From Camelus ferus (lineage: Eukaryota), in contig NC_045697.1 in assembly GCF_009834535.1 (NCBI RefSeq), positions 28,522,001 to 28,586,000 of the forward strand: a stretch of DNA of 64,000 bases, written 5' to 3'. A model generated the notes under the pieces. It saw nothing but the letters and a program-made list of their open reading frames with translations. It ran no database searches and was not told where the DNA came from. Shown piece by piece: positions 38,400 to 51,620 of the stretch (its first letter is position 1; every line of letters starts with the position of its first letter). The position numbers were made by a program, and so were the translations under genes.

Positions 38400-39870
38400 A
38401 AATAATTTGAAATGTGGTGGTAACTTTGCTGGGAACAGGAGAAATGCCAGTTACTGGACATAGACAAATGTCCCCCATTTTCCAAAAGAAGAAACTATAA
38501 GCCTGTGAGCACATTTTCCCTTGGCAAAATTCTGGAATAGATAATTAAACAAAGGATTTGTGAGTCTTTAGAAAAGTGGTGAAAACAAGGTTCAGCTTGA
38601 ATTCAATAAGGAATAGGTGGATCTTTCTGACAGGGTTGCTACTTTCCCTGGTCTGACCCCTGCAGGGTCATAGGAGGGAAGAGAGTGGGCCTTGGTGTGG
38701 AATGAGGCTGAAATCCATTCCCAGCTCCACCACTTACCAAAAGTGAGACTCGGACACTTAACTTCTCCAGTCTGTCATGTAACCCAAATGTAATTCCAGG
38801 GCCTTCCTGGAGACCAATTTCATACACTGGTCTTATCATAAAACAACAATAACAATTCAAACTTTGAAGGCATTGATAAATAATGGGGATTATCTTATAC
38901 ATGACACAACAGAAACTTCATAAAAATCCCCTTATCTCACTTGACGCTTCATCTAAAATTCCTCCCCTAGGGAATCTACGTCTTCTCCTTCACTTTTAAC
39001 TCCCTCAAGATAACAATAACAACACCCCACCACTTTCTCCACAGCCTCTCCAGGTATATTTCTTCTTTCTCACCAGTCAGTAAAACAACAATATTTAAAA
39101 AAAATACGTGGTTACCTAGACCACACGCATGTATGCCCTAGGGAACCTGAAGTCTTCTGCCATAACAAAAATTTATAATTCCTACCTTAGAGAGTTCTTG
39201 AGAGGACTAAATTTAAAATAATATATGAAAAAGCCTTGGCCTGGTCACTCAACAAGTAGTGGCCATTTTTATTCATCTCTGCTCTTACTGCTGTGGTAGT
39301 TCAAGAAAGTAGTGTGAACCTTATATACTTCCTTATTTTTTTAAAGGCGTTTGACAAATGTTCATGGACAAGGAGGCCTGGATGATAGTACAGTTTGTTG
39401 AAATGATTTATACAAAGGTGAAATAGAAGTTTTCATCAGTTGGTCAAAGGCCTTTATAGCCCTATCCTGTTCAACATTTTCATGAATCACTTAACACATA
39501 AATGAGCATATTGGAAGCTCATCATCAAGTTTGCAGATAATATAAAATGGGGGGGGGTGTTTAATAGAAAATAAGCTAAATGACAGAAGATGCCAGAAGA
39601 CCTAGAAAGGCTGATACAAAAAGTAATTTAATATAGGTTAATGTAAAATTGAGTATATGTGCTTTAAAAAACCCTGCTGCTTAAAAACAGAATTGTGAGC
39701 TTGGATTTATTTGTATTTCAAGTGAAAAAAAAATTGGAAAATTTCCTTGACTACAAGGTCAAAATGAGCATCCAGTGTTGTATGAAAGTTAAACAGCAAC
39801 TACTGCCCTGCAGATAGAATGCAGAGAGAGGTGTCTGGTTTTGGTTTATACTCTCACTTCCCTACAGCAC
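38400..39870 (+). mobile_element. CR1/L3 ORF2 (RT) remnant with MIR insertions
   Basis: Degenerate GEMP..NVP.F.K..NYKPVS..GKILE at ~38440-38550, KAFD at ~39345, KFADN at ~39527. Confidence 0.75.
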
Positions 39871-40695
39871 AGGGTAGTGGTATCACAGCCTCAGGAGCCG
39901 AGGTTCTAGTCTTGGTTCCAAGCACTAGTTACCTGCATGACTTTGGCAAGCTTGGGTGAACTTCTCTGGGAGCTTCTTAATCTTGAAATGCAAGAGAAGT
40001 AGGGAGGGAAATTTGGGCTAAATTATTTCTAGAAGAACTTCTGGCCATGAAATTCAATTTCAATTATTTAATTCAACACTACTTCCTATTTTAAGTAATT
40101 TACTTTAGCAGATTAACTTACTGCCACTTTAGCTATGAGGAATGTATTAGTGGTTGTAAATGTTATAAACCCAAATCAAATTATTTTAGATAAAGTATAG
40201 AAATATATAGGCTCTCAGAATGTGAAGAATGGTTAACGCAACCATGGGAAGAACAGAGAAGTTGGGCCTCATAAAGAGTGACTTTGGTTCTAAGGGAAGT
40301 AAGCTTTGGAACTGGTCAGTTGATTGAGATGGGTAAGCCACCCTGCAGTAATGATTTAGGAAAAGAGGAAGAAAGAGGCAATACGACCTAAGTTTGCTGA
40401 ATGTCTACTATGTGTCAGGTTCTACACTAAGCTATTTCAAGTATAGTATCTTCTTTAATCCTTACCAAAAAGTATAAAACTCAAGTTCAGAGTTGTTTAT
40501 GAAACTTGCCTGAAGTTAAGTAGTAGAACCAAGGAAGTGGCAATGGACAGTATGATTTTAAGTGGTTTGGCCTAATGATGCTTGACTCACAATGTGCTTG
40601 CAAATGTGGCTTAATAATGGTAGCACACTTTTAGTGCTTACTGTATAATAGGAACTATTCTAATTGCTCTATGTATGTTAACTTTTTAATAGCTT

Positions 40696-40876
40696 TTAAA
40701 ATCTTTTTAAAAAAACATTTAATTTATTTATTTACTATTGTATCATCTTATTTTATTTTATCTTGGTGTGGAGAGGTAATTAGGTTTATTTATTTTTAGA
40801 GGAGGTACTGGCTATTGAACCCAGGACCTCAAGCATGCTAAGCATGCACTCTACCACGTGAGCTACACCCTCCCTC
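40696..40876 (-). mobile_element. Vic-1-like tRNA-derived SINE
   Basis: Antisense A and B boxes, gaggtaattaggtttattt tail, approximate TSD ttaat(a/t)gcttttaa. Confidence 0.9.
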
Positions 40877-40889
40877 CTTAATTGCTTTT

Positions 40890-43290
40890 AATTTAGAAAT
40901 AATTATAGGTCCACAGAAGTTGCAAAAATAGTACAGAGAGGTCCCATGTACCCTTCACTCAGTTTCTCCCAATAGCTACCTCTTACATAATTATAGTACA
41001 ATAACAAAACTAGGAATTTGACATCACTACAATGTGTATGTTTAGTTTTATGTAATTTTCTCACATAATGGAGATTTGTATAACCACATTTAAACTTATT
41101 GGTGCTGACATTTTACCTTACTTCCTTTTATGTCACTTTATCCTCCCCCATTTATAAATATAATTGCCTTACATATTTCCTCTGCATACATTGAGAACCA
41201 CAGTAGGCAGTGTTATAATTTTTGCTTTAACTGCTAAACATAACTTAGAAAACCCAAGACAAGGAAAATCTGTTGTATTTACCTATATTTTTTCTCTTTC
41301 CATATTCTTTCTTCCTTTCTGATATTCCAAGATTTTTTTCTTTCATCATTTCCTTTCTGTTTAGAGGAGAACTTCCTTTGGCCATTCTTGTAGGGTAGGT
41401 CTAATTTGGTGAATTTGGTGTCATAGTCTCTTAGTTTCCTTAGTTTTCCTAATTGAGGATATCTCAATTAATCCTTCATTTCTGAAGGATATTGTCTCTG
41501 AACATAGAATTCTCAGTTGACAGTTCTTTTCTCTCAACAGTTCAAAAGTGTTGTGCCACTTCCTTCTGGCCTCTGTGGTTTCTGATGAGAAATCTGCTAT
41601 TATTCCAATTATTTTCCCCTATAGGTAATGTTTCATTTCTCTCTGACTGCTTTCAAGATCTTTCTTTAGCTTCTGTTTTCAGACAATTGATTATGATGTG
41701 CCTTGACATGGATTTAAGAATCTTGTTCAGAGTTCAGTCAATATAATCATAAACTGTATGTTTATGTTTTTTGCCAAATTTGGGAAGTTTTCAGCCATTG
41801 TTTCTTCAAATGCTTTTTCAGCCCTGCTCTACCTCCTCTCCTTTCAGGACTCTGATAATATGAATGTTAGTTTTTTTTTTTTTTATAGTCCCACAAGTCC
41901 TCAAGATTCTGTTCCTCTTTAAAAAAAAAAACAATTTTCTCAGTTGTTCAGAATGGATAATTTCTATTCTATCTTCAAGTCCACCGCTTCTTTATTCCGT
42001 CCTCTCCATTCTTCTGTTGAGCTCATCCATTAGGATTTTTATTTTGGTTATTGTATTTTTTAGCTCTAAATTTCCATTTGGTTCTACTCTATATCTTGTT
42101 TCTTTTTTTCTAAGACTTTACTTCTTTGCTAAAAATTTGTTTTTTCTTTGTTTCAAGTATTCTTATAATTGCTTATTGATGGCTACTTTAAAATTCTTGT
42201 CAAGTAATTCTAATATCTGTGTCCTCTTGATGTTAGAATCTGTTAATTGTCTTTTTCTCGTTCACTTTGCGATTTTCTTTGTTTTTGGTATTTATAATGA
42301 ATGATTTTTTTTGTTGAAACCTGGGCATTTGGAATGTTATAATAAGACTCTAGATCTTATTTAGATCTTGTGTTTTAGCAAGCTTCCTCTGACACTGCTC
42401 TGGAGGAGGGGAGCGGAAAGAGGGCAGGGGTTGCTACCTCATCAGTGCCAGATGCAGGTGAAAGTTTTGGTACTCCTCTGTATTACCCTGGGTGGAGGAA
42501 GGGGCAGTTCGTTACTGGTGAGTGGAGGTGGGATTTCTGGCTCCCTCTGTGATCTCTGCCAACTCTGCGGAGATGTGTATGGCGTTGTTAGAACTGATGG
42601 ATGGTGGAAGTCCTGGCTTTCTACTGGGCTTACTCTGACATCACCAGGCGAGGAGGAGGAGGGGTGCCTTGGGTGCAGATGAAAGTCTAGGCCCCCCATA
42701 TGGCCTCCACTGACACCTGGGGTAGAGGTGGGGGTATCTGGTGCTCTTTACCAGCAAGCAGACATGAAAGACATGGCTCTCCAGTTGGCTTTCTCTGTTA
42801 CTATCCTGGCAGAGTGTTTGGGGTGACTCATTATAGCCTGGAAAGACTGGAAACCTTGGCTCCCCACTGTGCCTTTGCAGGAGACTGTGTAGGTGGAATT
42901 GAAGTTTTTTTTCTGTGATGTTTGTCTAAAGTAGAGCAGTTATTGTTTAAAGATTTTCTGACTTGCTAGACTGCCCCTTTCCTGGTCTTTCAGTTAGAGA
43001 GAGAGAGCACGCTTTTCTTGGGCTTTTTTTCGGTCTGTGACCATTGGTGTTTCCAAGCTGCTGGCTTCTCCAGTACCCAGTCTGGAATATATCTAGTGAA
43101 AAGAAAACCCAAGGAACTCACCACTATGTTATTCCTTGTGTCCTGACATCTTTAGCTGGTATGCTTTCCCCTCTCCACTTCCTAGGGTCTTATATTTTGT
43201 TTTATACAATATATTCAGGGATTTTAGTTGCACTTAACAGAAGGAATAGGGAAAAGTACAGCTGTTCCATTTCTTCCTGGAAGTAGAAGT
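40890..43290 (-). mobile_element. Old L1M fragments (3'UTR piece plus ORF1/5' region)
   Basis: Antisense L1M-like sequence. Confidence 0.7.
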
Positions 43291-43559
43291 CTGCTAGATT
43301 TAAAATCTTCATAACAATCCTATGAGGTAACTACAATTACAGCTATTTCAGATAGGGAAGCTGAAGTACAGAGAAGTTAAGTCATTTGTCCAAGATCATA
43401 CAGCTAGTAAGTGGGGTGATGAGATTCAAACTGAGGCAATCTTGTTTCAGAGCTGATGATCATGACCACCATGTGGCCTTATCACAGCCAATCACTTATT
43501 CATCTCTTCATTCACAAAGAATTTTTTTGGCCAGTGAAACTATTCTGTATGATACGTAA

Positions 43560-46500
43560 GAGTGGTTTCAATCCAGTGTGAAAACATACAGACCATGACT
43601 ACAAATATATTTGTACCCATGAGAAGAAGGAAGTTGTACAAAATCCATTTGCCAGACTTGGAATGATCCATTGGGCAATTTAAAATGCCTGGGTCAGTAT
43701 GAACAGGCTTCCCTAGGTTGTACTTCAAGTAACTGGGACAAGTTAGATACTTTTTGCATCCTTGTTAATATTTCCCCACCAATATTGGTTCAAAAAGGCT
43801 ATCATTTTGTCAGTAGATCAACAGTTTATTTCATGTACAATGGTGGGGAACAGGAATTTTAGAGTCTCTGGTTTAGGGTACTGGGTTGTTATCTGGTACC
43901 AACCAGAGCTTTTTCCTTCTATCAAGTCAACAATTGTTGAATTTCCAATCTTCTCTTTCCTTTTCTGAGGCCAGTTGTTGGCCTTCTCTAACCAGGTTTT
44001 CTGCTGTCAAATTCTAGAATTACTTCTCCCTTTTGGGAGAGAGAAATTCTGGCATGATATTTCTCTAAGAAATCTCAGCCTAATAAATGGGTACAGGCAG
44101 AGAAACTAAGGAGAAAAGGGTATGTATCTCTCAAAGGGCCTAAACAAATGGGAATAGGTTCAGAGACAGGAATTTCTGGAGGTTTATTAGGGATCCACAC
44201 TATTTGAACTGTCTTAGGCTCTAAGGCAAGGGCTAATTTGTAGTAGTTGGGTCAGGCACCAAGAGTGTGGTGCCAGTGTCAGTTAAGACTGGAAGAGATT
44301 AATCCCCAGTCTGGAAAAATGCTTTTCCAAGCTAATTAAGAGAGAAGATTTGGAAGATCCCCTGTAGTTCCTTGGAGCCCCATGACTGAAAATTGAGAGG
44401 ATGTTGGAAAGGCTGGGTATAGGGCTAGAGCCTTCATTTGTTGGAGTTGAAGATTAAGAATATGGGTGGCCTTCCTTTCAGGTGACTCATCTAGAGTGTG
44501 AGAGAGCTGATTTCCCAGATTAACTAAATCTGGAGTGACACAGTTTCACCTTCCACCCTAGTTCTTTTTACTTAAGGTCCCAATTCAGCCCACTAGTAAA
44601 CATAGAGTTAAAAGCTACCTGGATGTAAGACAAGACACAATAAATCTCCTAGAAGAAAACATAAGCAAAACATTCTCTGACATAAATCTTAGCAACGTCC
44701 TCCTAGAGCAGTCTACCCAGGCAATGAAAATAAGAGCAAAGATAAACAAATGGGACTGATTAATTAAACTCATAAGCTTTTGCACAGCAAAGGAAACCAT
44801 AAGCAAAACAAAATGACAACCTACAGAATGGGAGAAAATATTTGCAAATGATGCAACTGACAAAGGCTTAATTTGCAGAATATATAAACAGCTCATACAG
44901 CTTATAATAAAAAACAAACAACCCAATCCAAAAATGGGCAGAAGACCTAAACAAGCATTTCTCTAATGAAGACATACTAATGGCCAATAGACATATGAAA
45001 TAATGCTCAATATCACTGTATCAGAGAAATGCAAATCAAAACTACAATGAGGTATCAACTCACACCAGTCAGAATGGTCATCATCCAAAAGTCCAATAAC
45101 GATAAATGCTGGAGAGGATGTGGAGAAAAGGGAACCCTCCTACACTGTTGTTTGGTGCAGAATGTAGTTTGGTGCAGCCATTATGGAAAACAGTATGGAG
45201 ATTTCTCAAAAAACTAAAAATAGACTTACCATATGATCCAGCAATCCCACTTCAGGTATATATCCAGAGGGAACCCTAAGTTGAAAAGATACATGCACCC
45301 CAATGTTCATAGCAGCACTATATATAATAGCCAAGACATGGAAGCAAACTAAATGTCCATCAACAAATGACTGGATAAAGAAGTTGTGGTATATTTATAT
45401 GGTGGAATATTACTCTGCCATAAAAAAGAATAAAATAATGCCATTTGCAGCAACATGGATGCTCCTGGAGAAAGTCATTCTGAGTGAAGTAAGTCAGAAA
45501 GAGAAAGAAAAATACCATATGCTATCACTCATATGTGGTATCTAAAAAAAAGGGGGGGTATACTATGAACTCATCTATAAAACAGAAACAGACTCACAGA
45601 CTTAGTAAACAATCTTATGGTTACCAGGAAAAGGGGGTGGGAGGGGATAAATTTTGGAGATTGAGATTTACAAATGTTAGCCACTATATATAAAAATGAT
45701 TTTTAAAAAGTTTCTTTTGTATAGCACAGGGAACTATGTTCAATATCTTGTAATAACCTTTAATGGAAAAAATATGAAAATGAATATATGTGTGTACACG
45801 CATGACTGGGACATTGTGCTGTACACCAGAGATAGACACATTGTAATAGACTGTACTTCAATTTAAAAAAAGTGAGGAAAAAAAAAAGAAAAAGAAAAAA
45901 AAAAAAACTACCTGGATGGAATCAACATCTGATGGAAAACCAGAATTTTCTTTAAAAGTAATCTAAAGGCAATTGTAATAGTCATTAACAGACTCATTAG
46001 ATTTTTGTGTGTAAGCCTAAATTTTGTTCCAATCAATAGACTTTGGAAAAGCTCTAGGAATTGCTTGATGAAGTTGCCTAGCTTGCCAGAGTCTGATCAT
46101 ATAATAAGTTAGCAGATTGGTCTCCGGTTATAATTATAGAGACCTTTCAGGATTTTCCCAATTAGCAGTTTTCATCTAATGCTAGGCCTGGCCTTCACCA
46201 ACAATCATATGAATTAGCTGCTATAAGTCAGAGAAACCAGGTTGATAAGTTTAAATGAATATATTTAATTCCTCAGCAAATTATGAGGATCTTCAGTTAC
46301 TTTGGGAAAATATTTGACTATGACTTGCAGTTCAGCCTAAGTACAGGGAATATAAGAAATTAAGGATTTACCGTTTGGATTCTCAGAAGGCTTAATCTTA
46401 AAAGGACAGGTTCTGACAAGTTCAGAGGAAAAGGGACTAGGGAGAGTTTCAGAGAAAAGGGGAAGTTTGGTGAGAGAATTTGTTTGGGAGACTTTCAGGG

Positions 46501-47850
46501 TATAGAGGAGACATAGATGGCATAGAAGGGAAGTGGGAAGATGGCACCAGGGGTGAAGTTAGCCACAAGGAATCTAGAGAGAGAGAGAAGATGGCACTGG
46601 AGGTGGAGCCAGAGACATAGAAGCCAAGGAAGAAGAGCCTTAAACTTTGGGAGCCATTGTACCCTTCTTTAATTGTCTGCCTCAGTTTATCTTAAAATTT
46701 TGTTTTACAGAGGCAATTCAGACTCCTGATAATGTTGAGAAGCCTCAAAATGCCAATGGAAATTAAGCATTCCACTCAGTTCTGGAAATGTCTGAGCTAT
46801 TGTAATTTAATATGGCTTTAAGGAAATTAAATTCAAGAATTTCAAATGTTCCCCATAATGCCATTGATATTCTGATATTTGGTCAGGTCAGTCCATTTAG
46901 TTAGAAATGTGCATGAGCAAGGACCATGGTGTTTAAACATAAAATCAGCTGGTACCTTGTAAGATGGAGCACCCTCAATTTAGATAACTAGGATCTTGTT
47001 TCTCAGAGGTTTTTCTCTAGAGTGAAAGAATAACTTTCAAATAGCTTGCAAGCTAATCACAGTCAATTCTAAGGAAACAGCTTGGTCCTGGAGAAGCCAG
47101 GCCAAAGGGTTTTTCAGTCAGTTTCCAGAGAATAGCCTATTTTTTTGGAATAGACTAAAGGCTGAAAAACTTGGCAGTTTTTATGAACCAGCCCCTGTTT
47201 CCAAAGGATTGGGCTGAAGGCATTTTCAGCTAGCTTCAGTTCAAACAGTCTGATCTTAAAATCAGAATGAAGTCCCAAATAAGTACTTGAACAGAAACAA
47301 GCCTTAACCAGGAAGACAAAACCTTAAAATAGATCCTGAAGAAAGCCTGGAGAGGTTCAAAATGCAAAGAGGATGTGAGTTTGGATCCAGGAGAAATATG
47401 TACCTCCAAACTCCAGGGTCAGTGAGAAAAGCAGTCGGCACAATGGGCTCAATTTGTGGGCACTGCACCTGTTTCCTCACTGGCCCCAGATCCTTTGGGG
47501 GTCTTCTTTGGTCCCTGTATGGGTCACCAAAATGTTGACCTAGACTGCCAGATATTTCTCCAGCAAAGATGAGTTTATTTGTGATCAGTAAAGAAGTACA
47601 ATTTGGGGTCTGCAACCACATGCAGTCCCCATTATGGCAAGAGAAAAACAGTTTTATAGAGGAGAAAAGGAAGTTGGGAGGGCTATAGTAAATAAAGAGT
47701 CTGTGGCTTTTCATTGGTGGAGTCCTTGCTAGGGAAGAAGAGGAATCTTTCTCCTTCCTATTGGGCTCTGCTGACAAGCAGAGCAAGAGAACTTCTCATT
47801 CTAATCTCCCAGTTCTATTTAATTGAGATTTATTTTAATTAATTTTTACA
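43560..47850 (-). mobile_element. Class I ERV (MER4/MER41-group-like): 5' LTR 47850-47533, PBS, gag, pro, integrase N-half; RT/RNase H absent; 3' truncated
   Basis: LTR with TG...CA ends; PBS-like tggtgacccatacagggac; gag-like FPKVTEDPH...TYQPGFSDL ~46220-46320; protease VLTDTGTTL ~44263-44289; integrase NQYWWG..WQMDFVQLP..VMVCMFSHWIE ~43570-43800. Confidence 0.9.
44626..45902 (+). mobile_element. 5'-truncated lineage-specific L1 inserted into ERV gag
   Basis: ORF2 C-terminus and polyA tail; 16-bp TSD aaaa(g/a)ctacctggatg at 44610-44625 and 45903-45918, at a TT/AAAA site. Confidence 0.97.
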
Positions 47851-48871
47851 TGTACTGCATTCAATATTTCTAAAATGTTTCAGTTGATATTTTTTCTTTC
47901 TTTTATAAGTAGTCATAGTATCTACAAATAATTATAATTTTGTCCCCTGTTTTCTGATTATTGTAATTGAGCATAGAATTTATGGGTGTAGGCTCTGGAA
48001 TCAAAAGACCTGTGGGAATCTTGTCTTTTTCAGTTCCTAGTATTTAACTTACTATTGGGCAAGTTATTTAACTTGCCATGTTTGTTTCCTCATCTGCAAA
48101 ATGAAGTTATTATGAGATTAAGAGTTAATTTACATTTTAATAACTTAGCCACATGTGTAAAGTACCTGACCCATATCTGGCATTAAGTAAGTGTTCAAAA
48201 CGTCCCTTTTATTCCTTGGAATTTGGAACTGTCTAGAACTTCCAGAACACTTGTTAAATAGTACTCTCACTGTCATGAGATGGCTGTTGTGCTTCCAGCT
48301 CTGTGTTTCCCAAAGGCAGGGAAAAACAAATGACCCTGCTTTATGTCCTTTTAAGGAAGCCTCCTTCTCCCACCTAAGACTGCCCACAGATTTCCCCTCA
48401 TTGCTTACTGGCCAGAATTACAGCACATACTCATATCTAACCTAAAGAAGACAACTGTGACTATTAGGCCAATCAAGAGTCACCTTTTGGGTCTTAGGAG
48501 GGGCCCAGACTCCCTTGGACACATGGCCACATGGAGGATGAACACTTGAACAAAAAGGGACTTGGCCAAGGAGAAGGGTGGTGCAGGTGAGGGAAATCAA
48601 TTTGGGTAGGCAATTAACAGTGTCTGCTTCATAAATCAGCTCAGAATGTAAACATCTGAACTCATTGTCTTCTTCCTATACCTACACCTCTTCCTTTCCT
48701 CCCTATTTCTGTAAATGATACTAAAGGAAATCTGTAAATTTTCTTTGCTTCCTTCCTCTTGCCTTTATTTCCAAATAGTTGGCTGGAAATATATTACCTA
48801 CACATCATAAGATTTTTTTCCATTCACATCATTACCACTTCTTTCAGGTACTCATTACCTTTCTCTTAGAG

Positions 48872-49051
48872 CAGTGGTTCTCAAATATTTCCCTGCATCA
48901 GAGTCACCAGGAGGATTTATTAAAACATGGATTGCTGGACCACAAGCTAGAGTTTCTGATTCAGTAGCTCTGAGGTGGGAACCAAGAATCTGCATTTCTA
49001 ACAAGTTTCCAGCTGATACTGATGCTGTTGGACAGCATTTGGGAACCACTG
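48872..49051. mobile_element. MER5A hAT MITE
   Basis: Terminal inverted repeats cagtggttc...gaaccactg. Confidence 0.9.
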
Positions 49052-49329
49052 TTCTAGAATATTTTAACAGCTACCTAAGAAGGCTTCCTTCTTCCAGTCC
49101 CCCTCTGTTCGAATTCAGCCTACTGAGAGCTGCCAGTATTAATCTTCCTAATACACAATTTCAGTATATCATTGCCTTAATCAAAATCTTTCAATAATTA
49201 CCCATTGCCTCAGATACTAAAAATTCACACTCTTTTGCACTGTTTCAGATAGGATTCTATAAACCTAAGAGAAACGGGTCATCTGGCTCAGCCTATAGTT
49301 CTTTCTGGATTACAGACTGATATTTTTTC

Positions 49330-51620
49330 TTTCTTTTTTAATAACTTCTTTATTGAGATGTAATACACATAAGATAAAATTCACCTTTTTTCTAGAGTGA
49401 TGGAGTTGATGAGGCTATTTTCATTTTTAAATAACACCTTAATTGGGATACAATTTACATATCATACAATTCACTCATTTAATGTACAAAACTCTATGGT
49501 TTTTAGTGCATTCACAGAGTTGTGCAATCACCATCATGATCAAACATTCTCATCACCCTGAAGAGAAATGCCATGACCATTAGCTATCACTTTCCATTCC
49601 TCCTTCTTCTCTTCCTTCCCTCCCCTCCAGACCTAGGCAACTAGTAATTTACTTTCTGTTTGTATGGATTTCCCTATTTTTGACATTTCATAAAAATGGA
49701 ATAACACAATATGTGGTCCTTTGTGACTGGCTTCTTTCATTTGGCATAATGTTTTTAAGGCTCATTCAGTTATGGCACATGTCAGTACTTCATTTGTTTT
49801 ATTTGCTGAATGACATTCCATTGTATAGAAATACCACATATTGTTTATACATTCATCAGCTGATGGACATTTGCACTGTTTCCATTTTTTTTGGCAATTA
49901 TGAATAATGTTGCTATGAACATTTGTGTACATACTGATCGGTATCTTAGTATTTAAAATCCATTCCTAAAATGACAAACTTTGAACTCCCAGGGCATGTA
50001 ATTCTGTGCCACTTATTTTAAAATTAGCATCTGCTAACCTGTATTTGTATTTATACTTGTCTTTTAATGAGATATTCTATTTCTCCCAATAAATTGGTAG
50101 TTTCATGACCAGAGTCCATATCTTATTCCTTTATCTATCCCTTGCATCTAACTTGATCTTTTACCTCATAGTTACCTGAACAGCTATAAATGTTGATAAT
50201 TATAGTGGCATTTCTTCAAATATAAAGCTTTGTCTGGAAAGAAAGATAAGAATAACCTTCTGTAGTTAAGAGCGTGAGATGATCCTTTACCTATGTTGTC
50301 AGATGATGTTTGACAAGGGTGCCAAGACCCTTCAATGGGGAAAGGACAATCTCTCCAACAAATGATGCTGGGAAAACTATATATCCACATGCAAAAGAAT
50401 GTAATGGGACCCTTTTCTTACACCATATGCAAAAAGTAATTCAAAATCGATCAAAGACCTAAACATAACAGCTAAGACAAAAAGTCTTGGAAGAAAACAT
50501 AGGGGAAAATCTTATGACATTGGATATGGCAGTGATTATTTGGAAATGACACCAAAAGCACAGATAAAAAAAAAATTAATTGGACTTCATCAAAATTTAA
50601 AACTTTTTTCATCAAAGGACACCATAAAGCTAGTGAAAAGTTAACCCACAAAATAGGAGAAAATATTTGCAAATCATATATTTGAATAAGAGATTAATAT
50701 CCAGAATACATATTTTTAAAGAAACCTCCCTCAACTCAACAAAAACAAAATGAACGACCTGATTCAAAAACAAGCAAAGGACATAAGTACTTCTTCAAAG
50801 AAGATATACAAATGACAATAAGCCCATGAAAAGATGCTTAACATCACTAATCATTAAGGAAATGCACATTGAAACCACAGTGAGATACCACCTCACACCC
50901 ATTAGGATAGCTATTATCAAAAAACCAGAAAGTAGCAAGTGTTGACAAGGATGTAGAGAATGCATGCTTGTGCATGCTGGTGGGAATGTAAAATGGTGCA
51001 GCCACTGTAGATAACGGTGGTTCCTCAAGAAATTAAACAGAACAGAATTACTAAATGATCCAGCAATTTCACTTCTGAATATATATTCAAAAGAACTGAA
51101 GCAGGGTCTCAAAGACAGAATTTGCACACCTGTGTTCACAGCAGCATTATTCACAGTAGCTAAAAGATGGTGACAATCCAAGTGTCCTTCAATGGATGAT
51201 GAATAAATGAGCAAAATGTGGCATATACATACATTGGAATATTAGATTGTTTTAGTCTTTAAAACGAAGGTCTGCTACAACATGGATGAGCTTTGAAAAC
51301 ATTGTAAATGAAATAAGCCAAACACAAAAGGACAAATATTGTATGATTCTACTTACATAAGATACTTAGAATAGTCAAATTCATAGAAACAGAAATAGAA
51401 TAATGGTCACCAGAAGCTGAAAGAAAGAGGAATGGGGAGTTATTGTTTAATGGATGTAGAGTTTCTATTTTTGGATGATGAAAAAGTTCCAGAAATGGAT
51501 AGTGGTGTGATGTTTACACAACAGGTGAAAGTATTTAATGCCACTGAACAGTATACTTAAAAATGGGTAGTAGTAAATTCTATGTTTGTATATTTTACCA
51601 CAATTTCAAAAAATAAAGGA
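49330..51620. mobile_element. Old L1 fragments (minus strand ~49330-49935; plus-strand L1MB-like ~50290-51620)
   Basis: L1 ORF2 C-terminal and 3'UTR sequence. Confidence 0.88.
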
